64,000 nt of DNA, from contig JBHGNT010000002.1 of NCBI GenBank assembly GCA_043228905.1, positions 15,996,001 to 16,060,000 on the forward strand. The letters are read 5' to 3'. Of the stretch, positions 50,401 to 63,365 are shown one piece after another. Position 1 is the first letter of the stretch, and each line of letters opens with the position of its first letter. A model generated the notes under the pieces. It was not told where the DNA came from and did no database searches. It was given only the letters and a program-made list of their open reading frames with translations. The translations under genes and the position numbers were made by a program. The stretch comes from Azolla caroliniana (Eukaryota; Plantae; Polypodiophyta).

Positions 50401-51289
50401 TCCCCTTTCTCATCGTCACGTAAGCCGTCTCGAAGAAGTCCGTGCCGACTTCCTCGTCCTCCGAAACCATGCCGCCCTCGTCATCAAACCTCACTCTCGA
50501 AAGCATGTCGGCCATGGCGTTGTCCTTCCCGAAAATGTGTCGTATCTCCGGGTTCAGGAACTTAATGTACGCAATCCACCTGAGCATCGCCAGGTCCGGC
50601 GTCGCGCATCTAAAAACCATACTGAGGATCGGTAGGCAGTCCGTCTCTATTATCACCTCTGTCCCGATCATGTAGTCTCTATCGGCCTTGACCGCCGAAA
50701 TGATACCCCAGAGTTCGCGTTTAACCTGGGCGTATCCTCGTTGTCACTCGTTGAGTACTTTCGCACCGAACCGGATGGGGAACCTCACACCGTTCTCATC
50801 CTCCTGGTTGATCACCCATCCTATCCCGGTCGGATTTGTGTCTACGGTTACAAAAATCAGAACATCCTTTCCGTAAACCGCTTTCCGGAGTGCCGGTGCC
50901 GCAACAAGCGCTTCCTTCATTTTTCGAACCGACTCCATATGCTCCCCGCTCCACTCGAATTCGTGCCCTTTCTTCAACAACCCGTAGAGTGGCTCCACGA
51001 TGTGGGCGTAATGCGGGATCCAGATGTGGTACAATGCGCAAGCTCCCAAGAACCTCCAGACTTACGTAATCGACTTGCAGTCTTCCTTCATCGCGGAGAT
51101 GGCTTCTTCCTTGGTTGGAGACGGTTTCCGGCCATAAGGCCCACACAGGTGTCTGACGACCACGATTTCCAATTGTCCGAAAGCCGATTTCTCCCCGGAG
51201 ATGTCAGGAATAGTACTAAAGCAGAGAGGGAATTAGTACTAAAGAAGAGAATTATTATTAGTACTAAGAGGATGGGACTGCGTAAGATT

Positions 51290-51348
<59 letters not shown>

Positions 51349-51563
51349 GATAACAGCTAATATATTATGTGAAGGATAAGTACAAAATGGCTAAGAGGTT
51401 TAAGACTGGCGTTGAACCAATTTGGTTCAACATAATGCCTAGTGCCTTCTTTTATAGTGTTCTCAAGAGTAATCCTGAAGCTTCTAGAATGTTCCAGAGA
51501 AATCTAGAATATACATTAATTTCCTATAATAAAACTTAAATGAAAATAATATTTTACATATTA

Positions 51564-51640
51564 CAATAGATGGTATAATGGTCAAGAGCTCGACCCATAT
51601 AACATAAGGTCATGGGTTCGAGTCTTGCCATATCATGACA
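51564..51640 (+). promoter_or_regulatory. tRNA-like Pol III A/B-box cassette at the U3 end of D 3' LTR
   Basis: A box TGGTATAATGG (51571), B box GGTTCGAGTCT (51615). Confidence 0.65.
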
Positions 51641-54600
51641 CTATCTCCCCCTTAAGGCGACGAGTGGAACGAGTCGGCGCTGATTGCAGATACTTTCGAT
51701 GGAACTCAACAAGAAGATCCTGAGCATTGGTGACATGCTCAACGAGTTCCCAAGTACGTTCACTCGGACTATAGCCGAGCCAATCGACCAAATAATAAAG
51801 TTTGTTGCGAACAAATTTGGAGTCGAGGATGGCAGCAACTTCATACTTCGGGTCGGCATCTAACTCAAGCGGGGGCGGCGGTGGTGTAACACGATCGGGA
51901 AGAGTGTTTGCTTTATAAGGTTCAAGAAGAGAACTATGGAAGACCGGATGTATCCGAAGATGCGGAGGAATATCAAGGCAGAACGTGACATCATTAACCT
52001 TACCAGTAATACGGAAAGGACCGAGTCAGCGATAATCCAACTTGTCGCACGGTCGAGTAGTCTTGATGTGACAACGTAAAAGCCATACTCGATCTCCGAT
52101 GGAAAAAGAGGAGGGAAGCCGATGACGATCCACGTAAGTCTTCTGTGTCTATTGAGCATGGCGAAGATGAGTAGAGAGATCCATCTAGATCATGCGTAGT
52201 CTCTCCAAATGATCCTCGGCACGAGGATTCGTAGGTAGCTCCGGGGTGTCGATCACCGACCAACAAGGATGAGAACCGGTATAAGCGTAGAATGGGGAGA
52301 CTCGAGTCGAGGAGTGAACAACATTATTATATGCAAACTCCGCAAAGTGGAGAATCTCGGCCCAATCATCCTGTTGATAACTCAGGAAACACCGGAGATA
52401 TTTTGCTCTAGCGTTTGGTTTGTTCGTTCCGCCTGCCCATCGGTCTGAGGATGGTAGCCGGAGGAGAGGTTGCAAGAGATGCTACCAAAATTTGGAGACA
52501 AATTGCGGTCCTCGGTCATTGATGATACTGTCTGGGAGGCCATGATCCCGAAATACCTCACGCATGACAAGCGCGGCGGTTTCCTCGCTAGTGATGGGCT
52601 TAGTACACATCACAAAATGTGCCATCTTCGTATATCTATCGACGACGGTTAAGATAGCATCGAACCCCTTCGAGACCGGCAGATCTGTGATAAAATCAAG
52701 ACAAATTGACTACCACGGCTTACTTGGAATCGGTAAGGGTTCCAACAAGCCATATGGAAGGTGTCGTGGCATCTTTGCTCAGCAGCAAGCATCACAGGTT
52801 CGAACGTAGTCGTCGACAAAACGTCACATATGGGGTCACCAAAAGGATCTTTGAACTAGATCCAACATCTTAGTGCTACCGAGATGTCCTGCCATATGGG
52901 TGTCATGACAACGTTGGACGATTTGAAGGCGACAGGAGCAATCAGGGACATATACAAGCTTTTTAAAGAATAACAAACCATCGTGATATTCGAATTGTCG
53001 GTAGTCCATACCTGGTTGCTGAAACTGGGAACAGGGTGCCTGAGAGGTATCAATGTGCGCCAGAATGTCTTGAGCAAAATTGTCCGTCTTCAAATTCGCA
53101 CGTATGGTGTCGATAATCTGGAAATCCATTGGACTGTGAAAAATCCGTGTTGTGTACAATCGTGTTGGTCCCAAGATTACTTGCTTTTGATTACTGAACG
53201 CGGGATCACCAGGACGAGGTGCAAGATATGAATGTTGTGATAGTGCATCTACCTTTCCTTGCTGCTTCCCCGGCCGATATGCAATTTTGAAATCAAAACG
53301 TGTGAGGAATTGAGCTCACCTAGCTTGCCATCGATTTAGCACATGACCGTTCTGGAAATAAGAAAGATTCTTGTGATCACTAAAGATGATGACTTGATGT
53401 GGAGAGCCCTCCAAAAAATGCCGCCATTGCACAAATGAATCCACGATGGCTAATAACTCCTTGTCATGTATTTCGTAGTTGATTTCCGTAGCATGGAATT
53501 TGCACAAATGGAAAGCCACAGGATGTAACTCTTCTTTATCTCCTTGTTGAGAAAGGATGCTACCGAGGGCGAAATCTAATGCGTCGGCCTCCATGATGAA
53601 TGGTTTGCTTGTATCCACATGGGCTAGAATAGGTGCTGATGTAAAGGCTTTCTTAAGATTCCAAAAAGCCATGTCCGCTTCATTGGACCAAAGAAATGCT
53701 TGTCCCTTCTTCGTAAGTTGTGTGAGAGGTAAAATAATCTTCAAGTAATCTTGTATAAACTTGCAATAGAAGTTAGCAAAACCTAGAAAACATTGTACAT
53801 CTCGTACTAACCGTGGAATTTGCCACTCTAGCACAGTTTGGACTTTAGCTGGATCCATGGAGATGCCCTTTGAGGAGATAACGTAGCCTAGAAATTCCAC
53901 TTGCTTGCAATTGAAGCTACATTTTTCTAGCTTGGCATAAAGACCATTCTCGCGGAGTCGGTTTAGTACTAATAGTACATGAGAATCGTGCTCTTCCTGG
54001 GTCTTCGAATAAATCAATAGATCATCCAGATAGATGATCAAACAGATATCCAAGAGGTCTCTGAATATATCATTTGCTATGTGTTGGAAGACTGCAGGTG
54101 CATTGGTTAGACCGAACAGCAAAACAGTATATTCGAAATGCCTATACCGCGTGCAAAAGGCGGTCTTCCATTCATCTCCCAGTCGGATCCGCACGAGGTT
54201 ATACGCTCCTCGTAGATCAATTTTTGTAAAAAACTTGGCACCATTAACTCGCTCTAAAAGACTTGATATAAGAGGAAGTGCATACCTATTCCGGATGGTG
54301 ACCTTATTTAAGCCGCGGTAATCAATGACAAGACAAAGTGAGCCATCTTTCTTCTTGACAAAGAAGATGGGTGCTCCGGCCGGAGATTTCGAATGACGAA
54401 TAAACCCGCTTGCCAAGTTCTCCTCTATGTAGGCTTGAAGGACTTCTAACTTGGTGGGTGACAAGTTGTAGATTGGTCCCCATGGTGGCTCTGCTCCTGG
54501 TTGTAAATCGTAGGGACAATCATAGGGACGATGATGAGGAAGAGTACCGGCTTTTACCTTGTCAAATACGTCGGCATAAGGATGATATTTCGCCAGAAGT

Positions 54601-56070
54601 TGCACTAAGGATTCCTCCTTAATATTGCTAGAAGGATGTACTGATATGGCAAATAGGAACATTGCCTCCTTGTGTCCTTCTTCGCGTAGTTGACGTAATG
54701 AAATGGTCGAAACTCGATGAGTAGATTCATGGGGTTGTCGATATCGGACTTCCCTTGTTCTCCAATCTATGTCTAGATTATGTAGTTCAAACCAAGGTAA
54801 TCCTAGGACAATGGGATGCTCTGGACTACTAATTATATTAAATGATACTACACACACAAAACTACCTAGGAAAACCTGAATGGGTTCTAACTCCTCTACA
54901 ATTTTCCCGGAAGCAATGGGACGACCATCAATGACTACTACAGATGTGGGGCAAGGAAGTTTTCTTAAGGATATCTAAGAAGCTTGGGCAAAATTTCGAT
55001 CCATGAAACAGGAATTGGCTCTGGAATCTAAAAGTGCTAGGACTTGTACTAGGGGAGTACTTTTAGTACTAACCATGAATTGGGCTAGGAACACATTGCT
55101 AATTCGCTTGGGGGGAATGGAACCACTAATGGGCTGTACAGATCGAGGGTTGTCCAACCAAACGGCTCCTATTTTGGCTGGACTCAATCATTTAACTCTT
55201 CATCTAATTGACTAAGGATTTCAAATTTGTTTGAGATACTTGGGCTATTAGTACTATTAATACTATCAGACACTCCTAAGGGAAAAATTGACTCGGGTTT
55301 AGTACAGGCTACAATTTGATTTACCTATCTTCTTGGCCTATGGGGACAATTGATTGCGATAGGCAAAGGCTGGACGATTGCCTTGATGCAATCGTCGAAT
55401 CTTGTTGATCGCCGTCCTGATGTTGTCGGTGTCTCCAAAGCAGGCTTTAAACTCACTAATAAAATCTTCAAAGTTATTAAGCAAGGGTGATTGTTTTTCT
55501 AGAAGCAAAACGAACCATGCTAAGGCTGAGCCGCTAAGCAACGTGCCTATTAGACCGACTCGGGATGCATCAGTGGGGTATCGGGAAGGATGCATTTGGA
55601 TAACTAATCGTACATGATTAAGGAATCCCCTGAATTGTGATCGCGTTCCATCAAATTTCACAGGAAGTCCAATCTTCGGCTCTTTATGAAATCCTTGGGG
55701 ACTTTATCCTTGTTGTTGCAATGCTGCTTCGAGTTGTTGTACCCGTAACACTAACTCCCCATGTTGTTGCTGCGTTTGTTGTTTTTCTAGAGCGATTTGT
55801 TACAGATCCCCTATCAGCCGTTGGTTTTCTTGTTCCAAGGCAACAAAATTTTCTTTAAGGCACTGTAGCTCGGAGAAAACGTATTGATGTTCTTGGGCGC
55901 TAACAGTAGCCATAATATAGGGAAAAGGGTAGGAAGATGAGGGAGAACGACAAATAGGCTGGAGGAAAAAATTGGTTCAAACTATCAGGAATAGTACTAA
56001 AGCAGAGAGGGAATTAGTACTAAAGAAGAGAATTATTATTAGTACTAAGAGGACGGGACTGCGTAAGATT

Positions 56071-56114
<44 letters not shown>

Positions 56115-56332
56115 GATGATAACATCTAATATATTATGTGAAGGATAAGTACAAAATGGCTAAGAGGCTTGAGACTGGTATTAAACCAATTTGGTTCAAC
56201 ATAATGCCTAGTGCCTTCTTTTATAGTGTTCGCAGGAGTAATCCTGAAGCTTCTAGAATGTTCCAGAGAAATCTAGAATATACATTAATTTCCTATAATA
56301 AAACTTAAATGAAAATAATATTTTACATATTA

Positions 56333-56409
56333 CAATAGATGGTATAATGGTCAAGAGCTCGACCCATATAACATAAGGTCATGGGTTCGAGTCTTGCCAT
56401 ATCATGACA
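56333..56409 (+). promoter_or_regulatory. tRNA-like Pol III A/B-box cassette at the U3 end of D 5' LTR
   Basis: A box 56340, B box 56384. Confidence 0.65.
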
Positions 56410-59400
56410 AGAGAAGGTGAGTCGCGCACTCTCCAGCCTTTGTAGCACCTTCTCACAGTCACCGATGTGGTCGGCAACGAATTTTCGACACTCGTCTGAT
56501 CCGATCGTTTCGTCCCTATCTTCCACCGGACATCCCTTCATCGGGATGTCATCCAAGAAGGGCATGGAAATGTCTCGGATACAGTCTCTTAGCACCTTAT
56601 TCATCGCATTCACCATGTGCACTACCGAGTTCGTCCCTCCTTGCGGAAGGGTACACATTTGCACTAGGCTGAGGGGAGTCCGCATCGTCGTAATATCCCT
56701 ACTCTCTACGGCTAGTTGGAATTGGTCGTAACCCGATTACAGATCCCCAATCGAGTAAATCGACCTTCCGGCAAAGGCCTCCGCAAACTCGTCAATTGTC
56801 GGTCCGATTCCGGCATTCCGAATGGTCACCTTGTCGACCGGTTGCAGGTCCTGAATGAAGTGCAACGTGTCGTTCTTCTTCAGCACGGTAAACCACCGAT
56901 TTGAATACGGGGCACTCGACGGCTCGAGGATGCCCATATTCACCTTCTACTTCAATAGCTCCATCAACTTCAGGATGTGAGCTCTGGGTACTGGAATTGG
57001 CTTGAGATTCCACAGTACATGCGGTACCGTGAAGATAACCATTGGTTCCACGACTCGCCCGAGCATTCTCCGAAACCGTTCCTCCTCCGTCGGCAGTAGA
57101 AAGTCACCCCCACTGACCTTGAGCTCCCGTAGCGTTATGTCAGTGAACTGGTCTCCTATGCCGGCCGAATCTCGTAAACTCGGGTCCGACGCGACCCTTT
57201 TCATCCATAACTCGCTACCCTCCGGCAAGGGTGCCACGACTGGCCTCACCTTCCGGTCCACAGTCTTGTACCTTGTATCCACACGGGCCGTCCGATCCGA
57301 CTCGACCCCTTTCCTGAAGTCGGCGATGACTTCGTACATCCGTTCCGAACTAACCGAAATCATCTGGTCTTCACTAAGGCCTTCTTCGAGCACGTTCCTT
57401 AGATCTCCCAAGGTGTCGTCGAAAGAGACCGCCTCCACGGCGCTGCCTATCAATTCGTCGGGGCTTAGGACTCCGCACGCCCTGAGATGTTCCTCCGCCC
57501 ACTTCTTCTCTCCTGACTGCTAATGCTAGTTATTGTACAACCTCCTGTCTATAGTACAAGGTTTCCTGTCTATAGTACAGGGTTTCCTTCCTATGGTACA
57601 CTTGTGGGGTTTTCCCGAGGTGTCCGGACTATCGCGGCCCCACGCCTTGATAGCCCTCTCTAAAAATCCCCTCGACCTTCGCCGCCGAGGGTCTCGCCGT
57701 TGCGCTTGTGGTTCGGTCGCACCGTTAGAAATTGGACGGAGTGCCGCCCATCTTGGCTCTTCACTCGGGCGTACGCCGAACTGTTATCCAACACCTTCGT
57801 CTCCATGCATGCCGTTGTGATGTACGGTTCGTCGAGGATTACTGAGTGTGAGGATGTCTCCTACACGAAGAAGTGTTGATCAATCTCGACATTGCCGATC
57901 TTCACTCCTACATTTGGGCAGGCCCCGTGTAGTTCCTCCATGGCGCGCGTCGCCGCTCGTACTTTCCACCCATGTTTGGTGTTGATCGGCCACTTACCCT
58001 TCTTATAGAAGTCCATGGACATCAGGTTGATCTCCGAACCATGGTCTACCAATGCCACCACCGGCTCCTGGACGTCTCCAATGCGGACGGGGGTCTCCGT
58101 AGTGGCTCTAGCCCAATGCAGCCTCAAATAGTGGCTTTCCGCCAACTCGTCCTCTAGGGCCATATCTTCCAGGTGTGTCGTTCGCACCTTCTCTGGCTCC
58201 GGCTCCGTCGAAAGCCGTTTCCGCTTCACCAAGTCCACGATGGAGTCGTGGAACTCCTCCTTGGCGATCCCGAGCACTTCCCTTAACAACAGCTCCACCT
58301 TGCTGTCGAGGATTCGTTCCTCTAGGACCTTTCGCAGATCCATCGTCCTTTCTATCTCGATGCTCAGCCAGTAACCGGCCTTCTTTGTCTTGTCCGGTGC
58401 GCCGATGGTATCGGAGTCATTCTGCTTCGACCCGAACCGGTTCTCGTACCGCTGCGAGGGTCCAACCCCTCTGGGTTTTCCCGCACACTTGTCCTCTACT
58501 AGAACCTCGTAGTTCTGGCACGTGGCTTCCACGAAGCCGATCTTTTCCTCGACCGGGTCGCCCCACCCAGTGACCTCCCGGACCCGCCTTTCCACATGGT
58601 CCGCTTCCTCCTTCCTCAGCTACATGCCCGCGAAGCCTTCTAGCACCAACGGCCAGAACCCGGAGTCCTTCGTCCTTCGGCCTTCGTCACTCCCGACCCG
58701 GATTCCTGCCGACGCTGAGTAGTGGACGGTCTCCGCATGGCGCGCCGCCGCTTCTTCCATCAGTCGCTTCATTCCTCTGCGTCCAATGTTCAACTCTAGG
58801 CCTCTCCGGGTCTCGCTAGCATGCACCCACCTGTTCCACAGGTACACCACGTTAGCCCTGAGCGCTTCCGCGAAGTCCCCGCAGTCCTTCCGGATGTGAC
58901 CGACCGCGTCACACCACAAGCACCGATGCCCAGCTGGAGGCCTTTGATCGCGAGGCTGCTCGCCGTTGTCCTTCCTTTCTTGTGCAATCTGGAGGTCTCG
59001 TACCATCTGCGTCAGCTCTTCCAGAGCCGCTCTTTCGGACGGGCCTTTGACCACATTGATCGATGTCGAGCCTGTCTCGAGCCAACCCCGGGTTTCCTCC
59101 CTTCGCGCCGGTAGGGGTCCCTCGAGCTTTCTTGCCGCAACAGATCCCGCCCCCGATGAGCCCTAGTCGCCCCACTCACGTCGTTTGTCGAAACGGTTGC
59201 AGACTCTTCTCACCACGGCCCAGTCCGTCATCAGGTCATCGTCTGTCTCCAAAAGGAGACCCACTTGCTCCTGATCCCGCACGTCCACAACCTTTACGAA
59301 CAACAGAACCCGGCTCGTATCTAGTATGGTCCTGTCCAATGCCGAGAGTCGTGCAAAGCATTCCTCAAACTCCCGGAGGAGCACCGATGCGTTTCTCACC

Positions 59401-62400
59401 TTTTCGGGTGTATCCACCCACTCCATGAAGTCCCGCTTCGATAGTCGAAGCACGTCATCAAGCCCGTACTTCTCAAGGAGCCGACCTTCGAATTCTTCCC
59501 AGGTCCGGCACTCGGCCCGCACCTCAAACACCTCCGCATGGATGCCTGGCATTGCCACCCGAGGGAATCCAGCCAGCCCCCTGTCCTCCAGAACGTCCCT
59601 CATTACCATTTCGGCTCGGTAGGCCTCTAGATAGCTCGTGGCATCCTTCCCACTGAACCAGCCTATTGTACCAACAATCACTTCGATGGCCCTGTCGAGG
59701 GCACCTGTGCCCTCACGCGCACTCACTATCCGATCAATGGCAGAAGCCATGGCTTCGGCAAGCTCCGATCCCCTCATCTTTCGATTCCTCTGCCGCCTTG
59801 TTTCATGTTGGGTTCACCAAATAATGTCGTGTTGTTCCTCATGCACGGGAGAGACTAAGGTGAGACCGCAGGGGCCTTGAACCGGGGAATAACCGAACAG
59901 AGGGAGGAGCGACGTAGGAACAATGGTCGAGCCACACACACACTCCAATACACAGAACTCGCAACTTATTCGACAACGGAAAACCAGATGAATATATATA
60001 TATGATTAGGGTTACAACCGGCAAGCCGGTGAGTGACAACGCTCTAACACTCACACACACCCATAGAAACGTGGGATGGAGACTCTATCAGAAGCACTCG
60101 GGCTTTCCACGAAGCAGAGGCAGCCTCCTGAAAACCTGCAGAGAGCAACAAAGAAAGACGAAGGAGAAGAGCTCGGTCCTAGTCCGACAGCACTTCGTCC
60201 TCCACCGAACGCGATCCCGACTCTGCCCCTTTCCTTCCCGTTTATAGCCCAAGGAGGGAAAGACGTTAGAACCGGTCACACCACCATTATTCTTTGTCCT
60301 TTCAGACAGAGATACTCCTCGATTTCCTACCTAATGAATACGCGCTACCTAGGATATTCGCATCGGCTGGTCTGTACCTAACTATGTACAATACATCAAA
60401 CTTTGTGCCTACGTGTAAGGGCCGGTTCATGCACACTATTCCCGGATTCCGCCTCGGGACGGTTTTCTTCTCGACAGCAGGTCGATCAGCGTAAGTTTGC
60501 GTTCGCCGATTGCAAGGCCCTCTTGGCCAGCTCGGACTTTGTTCTCGAAGGTCCTTCTTCGTTCTTCCCGGAGTCAGATTCACCCCAATCCAACTCTTCT
60601 TTGTTGGTGTCATACTCCGGCATCTTCTTCTTCCCCTTCTCTTTGTGTGTGAACCATCTCCTCAGTTCCTTACACGGGGGGAGCACAGTCGAGTCTCCAC
60701 TACTCGCTAGCTCTTCCTTGCATTGGTCATTCTGACTCAATCGCTCATGCGGCCCACTTAGCAGGAATGAGATCAGACTCTCCTCAAGAGTACCGAATCT
60801 TGCATCATCTTTTGCCCAGATCATTTCGGGCTCACTGGCCTCATCCTCCGGAATCGTGTCGAAGTTGAATGTTGGAATTAAGTGCTATAACCTCCGAACA
60901 AAACAAGTTCATGTGAGCCGAGATGTCCAATTTGATGAGTCGGTACTCTCTACTTTTGCTCATGTGAGTAGCCAACAAGGATGCACTTCTCTGACTTTGG
61001 GTCCATCTTTCTCCGCTTCTCATCTAGCACATGCACATATGCAATGCTACCGAATATCCTAAGGTGCCTTAGATTCGGCTTCCGCCCAAAATACAGCTTG
61101 TGTGCTGACACCTTATCCCCGATCCGGTTTTGGATGTAGACGGTTGTCCAGACTGCTTCGGCCCAATAGAACTTAGGCATGCTCTTCTCTTTCAGCAATG
61201 CTTGTGCCTCCACAATCGATCGGTTCTTCCTTCTGACCACACCGTTTTGTTATGGCTCTGGTTTCTTTCGGTGGGGAACGGATGTCGGTGTTGCTTCCCA
61301 AGCTGGCAGGCTTCACATATTTGGGCCTTCTAACCACTAAATTTTGGCAATCCGAAAACAACTTGTTTCGATTGCAAGTCTTGAAGCCTCCGGTAGTTGA
61401 CATGGCCGATCCACTTGTGCCACAAGTAGAAATCCGACTCGATTTTCTGTCCTTTTGCAAACATAGTGGTGCCGATGTTGTTGGTGTCGAGGATAAACAT
61501 CCTCCCATCTCGGCACCCTTGCATGATGATCCGGCCCTCTTCCTCAATGAAGCACCTGAGATGCGTAAACCGCACTTGCATCCCTTGGTCGACGATCTGA
61601 CCGACCGACACCAGGTTCCCAAAGCACGTTCATAAGCTTCCCTTTTTGCTCTACATGACTCAAGGGAACTTCTCTGACATGCACAATCGGGTGTGGAGTG
61701 TCGTCTCCGGTTTCGACAACTCCCGGTTGCCCCGACTTTTCCAAAATACGAGAACCACTCTTCGTGGCTCATCATGTGGTTATACGCTCTGGAGTCAACG
61801 TGCCACACTTCCTCCGATCCGGAAGCGGTCTTCTTCATTGAGTCACCTTGTGCTTCATCACAAAGTTTGGCCCTTCTCCAATCTTACCGGTTCCGGATCC
61901 TTCTGATCCTTCTGCGTAGTGCGAACTTTGTTGGTTTCTTTGTCCGTCTTTGCCGGATCTGGATTTATCCAAATCGGCGCGCTTCTTCGAGCACTCATTT
62001 TCTCGGTGGCCCTTCTTGCCACAATACCAGCATTTCATTCCGGTCTTTGATTGACGGTTTCCGGTGCCTCTTTGACTCCCCCTTCTTCTGGAGGGTCCGA
62101 AACTGTTGTCGGCACTATCCCCGTGCCTCCAGTTCTGCTCTTGTCGGCCGCCTCCATTGCGTGCCGACCCACCTCATCCTCCACGCTCAGGGGACCGATT
62201 CGCCTCCATGTACAGCATCAAGTTGTTCAATTGACTGGTCCTCAACCCACTCATGTGGTTTTCTTTGACCATCAACATCGATTGCAAGTCGAAGGACGGT
62301 GGTTTCTCCTGGGTGCAAATTGCCATTTGGATTGGCCCGTACCGTTGTGCTAGACCACTGAGGCAGATCTGGACCATCTCGTCCTTGTCCACCCTCATGT

Positions 62401-63365
62401 TGATGGAGCCAAGCACGTCGCAGATCTCCTTGATCTTGGTGGTGTAGTCGATGACCGGCATGTCCTATTGCGGGATACTATTGAGCTCTTACCGGAGCTG
62501 CAACTTCCGAGCCATGGTCCTTGCGGAAAAATTCTTTCGGAGATTTTCCCAAGCCTCCTTCGGTGACTTTGCATGTCTTATAGCCTAGTATCTGGTCATG
62601 CACACATGACGCGAGGCAATACAACACTATGCTTGCTCCTTGCTCCCATGCCGGGAAGTCCTTGTGTGCGGAATCCGGCGTTGCTGCATTTGCTCCTTCC
62701 ACGTAGCTCCAGTATCCGTGCCCCAACAAGTATTGCTGCATTTTATACGACCAGCATGCATAGTTACTACGATCAACCTTTTCCATAGGAAGTGAGCTCT
62801 GCATGCATCTGTCCATACCTTCTCTTTTCGGTATGTTCTTTTACCAGTGGTTAGGGTTTGTCTTCAGTAGAAAAAATGCTTGTCAACAACAGAGATTTTC
62901 AACCCTCACGCTCTGATACCATGTCAAAGTTAATATGTGGAAAGTTTGACAAATCGGTTTATGCAGATAGCAACAGAAAACAGAGGATGAAGGTTTAATG
63001 GAAGCTTAAGGGTAGAGAATACACAGGAGAGACTGAGAGAGCAGAAACCATAAACTCAATTCAAAATAATAACACTTTGTACATACAATGTGCTAAGTGA
63101 GCTCTTTTATACAAGCCCATAAAGGACTAACAGAAGTATTGACAAGTACTTCAATGCTCATACGAGTGATTGACACTGACTCCCAAAAATATGCCTATGT
63201 ACTAGGCTAGATTCATAGGCCTCTAATGGCCTACCAGTTCCAATCCGATCTAGCTCTTGGTTCCAGATACCGATCCGAACACTGATCCGGCTCTTTGTTC
63301 CGGACTCCAATCCGGCTCTGGCTTATTCAGCCGATCCGAATCTGGTTGAGCTTGTCCGCTCAACA

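Larger units (their letters stand above)
51202..56409 (-). mobile_element. Full-length decayed Tcn1-like chromovirus D, inserted in F RT
   Basis: LTRs 51202-51640 and 55983-56409; TSD GGAGA/AGAGA; YLDD RT in ORF 53316-54857; chromodomain ILDSK..LYYLVDWLGYSPSERTWE; PPT AAGGGGGAGATAG. Confidence 0.93.
48307..60476 (-). mobile_element. Ty3/gypsy element F (same lineage as C), decayed; hosts element D
   Basis: LTRs 48307-48960 and 59825-60476; TSD GCGG/GCAG; Trp PBS TGGTGAACCCAACATG; gag 59777-57660; pol 57669-56415 and 51201-49030. Confidence 0.92.
48086..63365 (-). mobile_element. Ty1/copia element G2 (5' LTR 62922-63365, gag, PR, IN, start of RT), split by gypsy F and truncated at 48086
   Basis: Met-i PBS at 62921-62910; CWYCGKKGHRENEC, WHVDS, KCILVGY, EPESYAEA..DLVDPP. 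Confidence 0.85.

Noticed and set aside
51293-51343. (GA)n tract differing in length between D LTRs
   Set aside because: Ordinary microsatellite slippage
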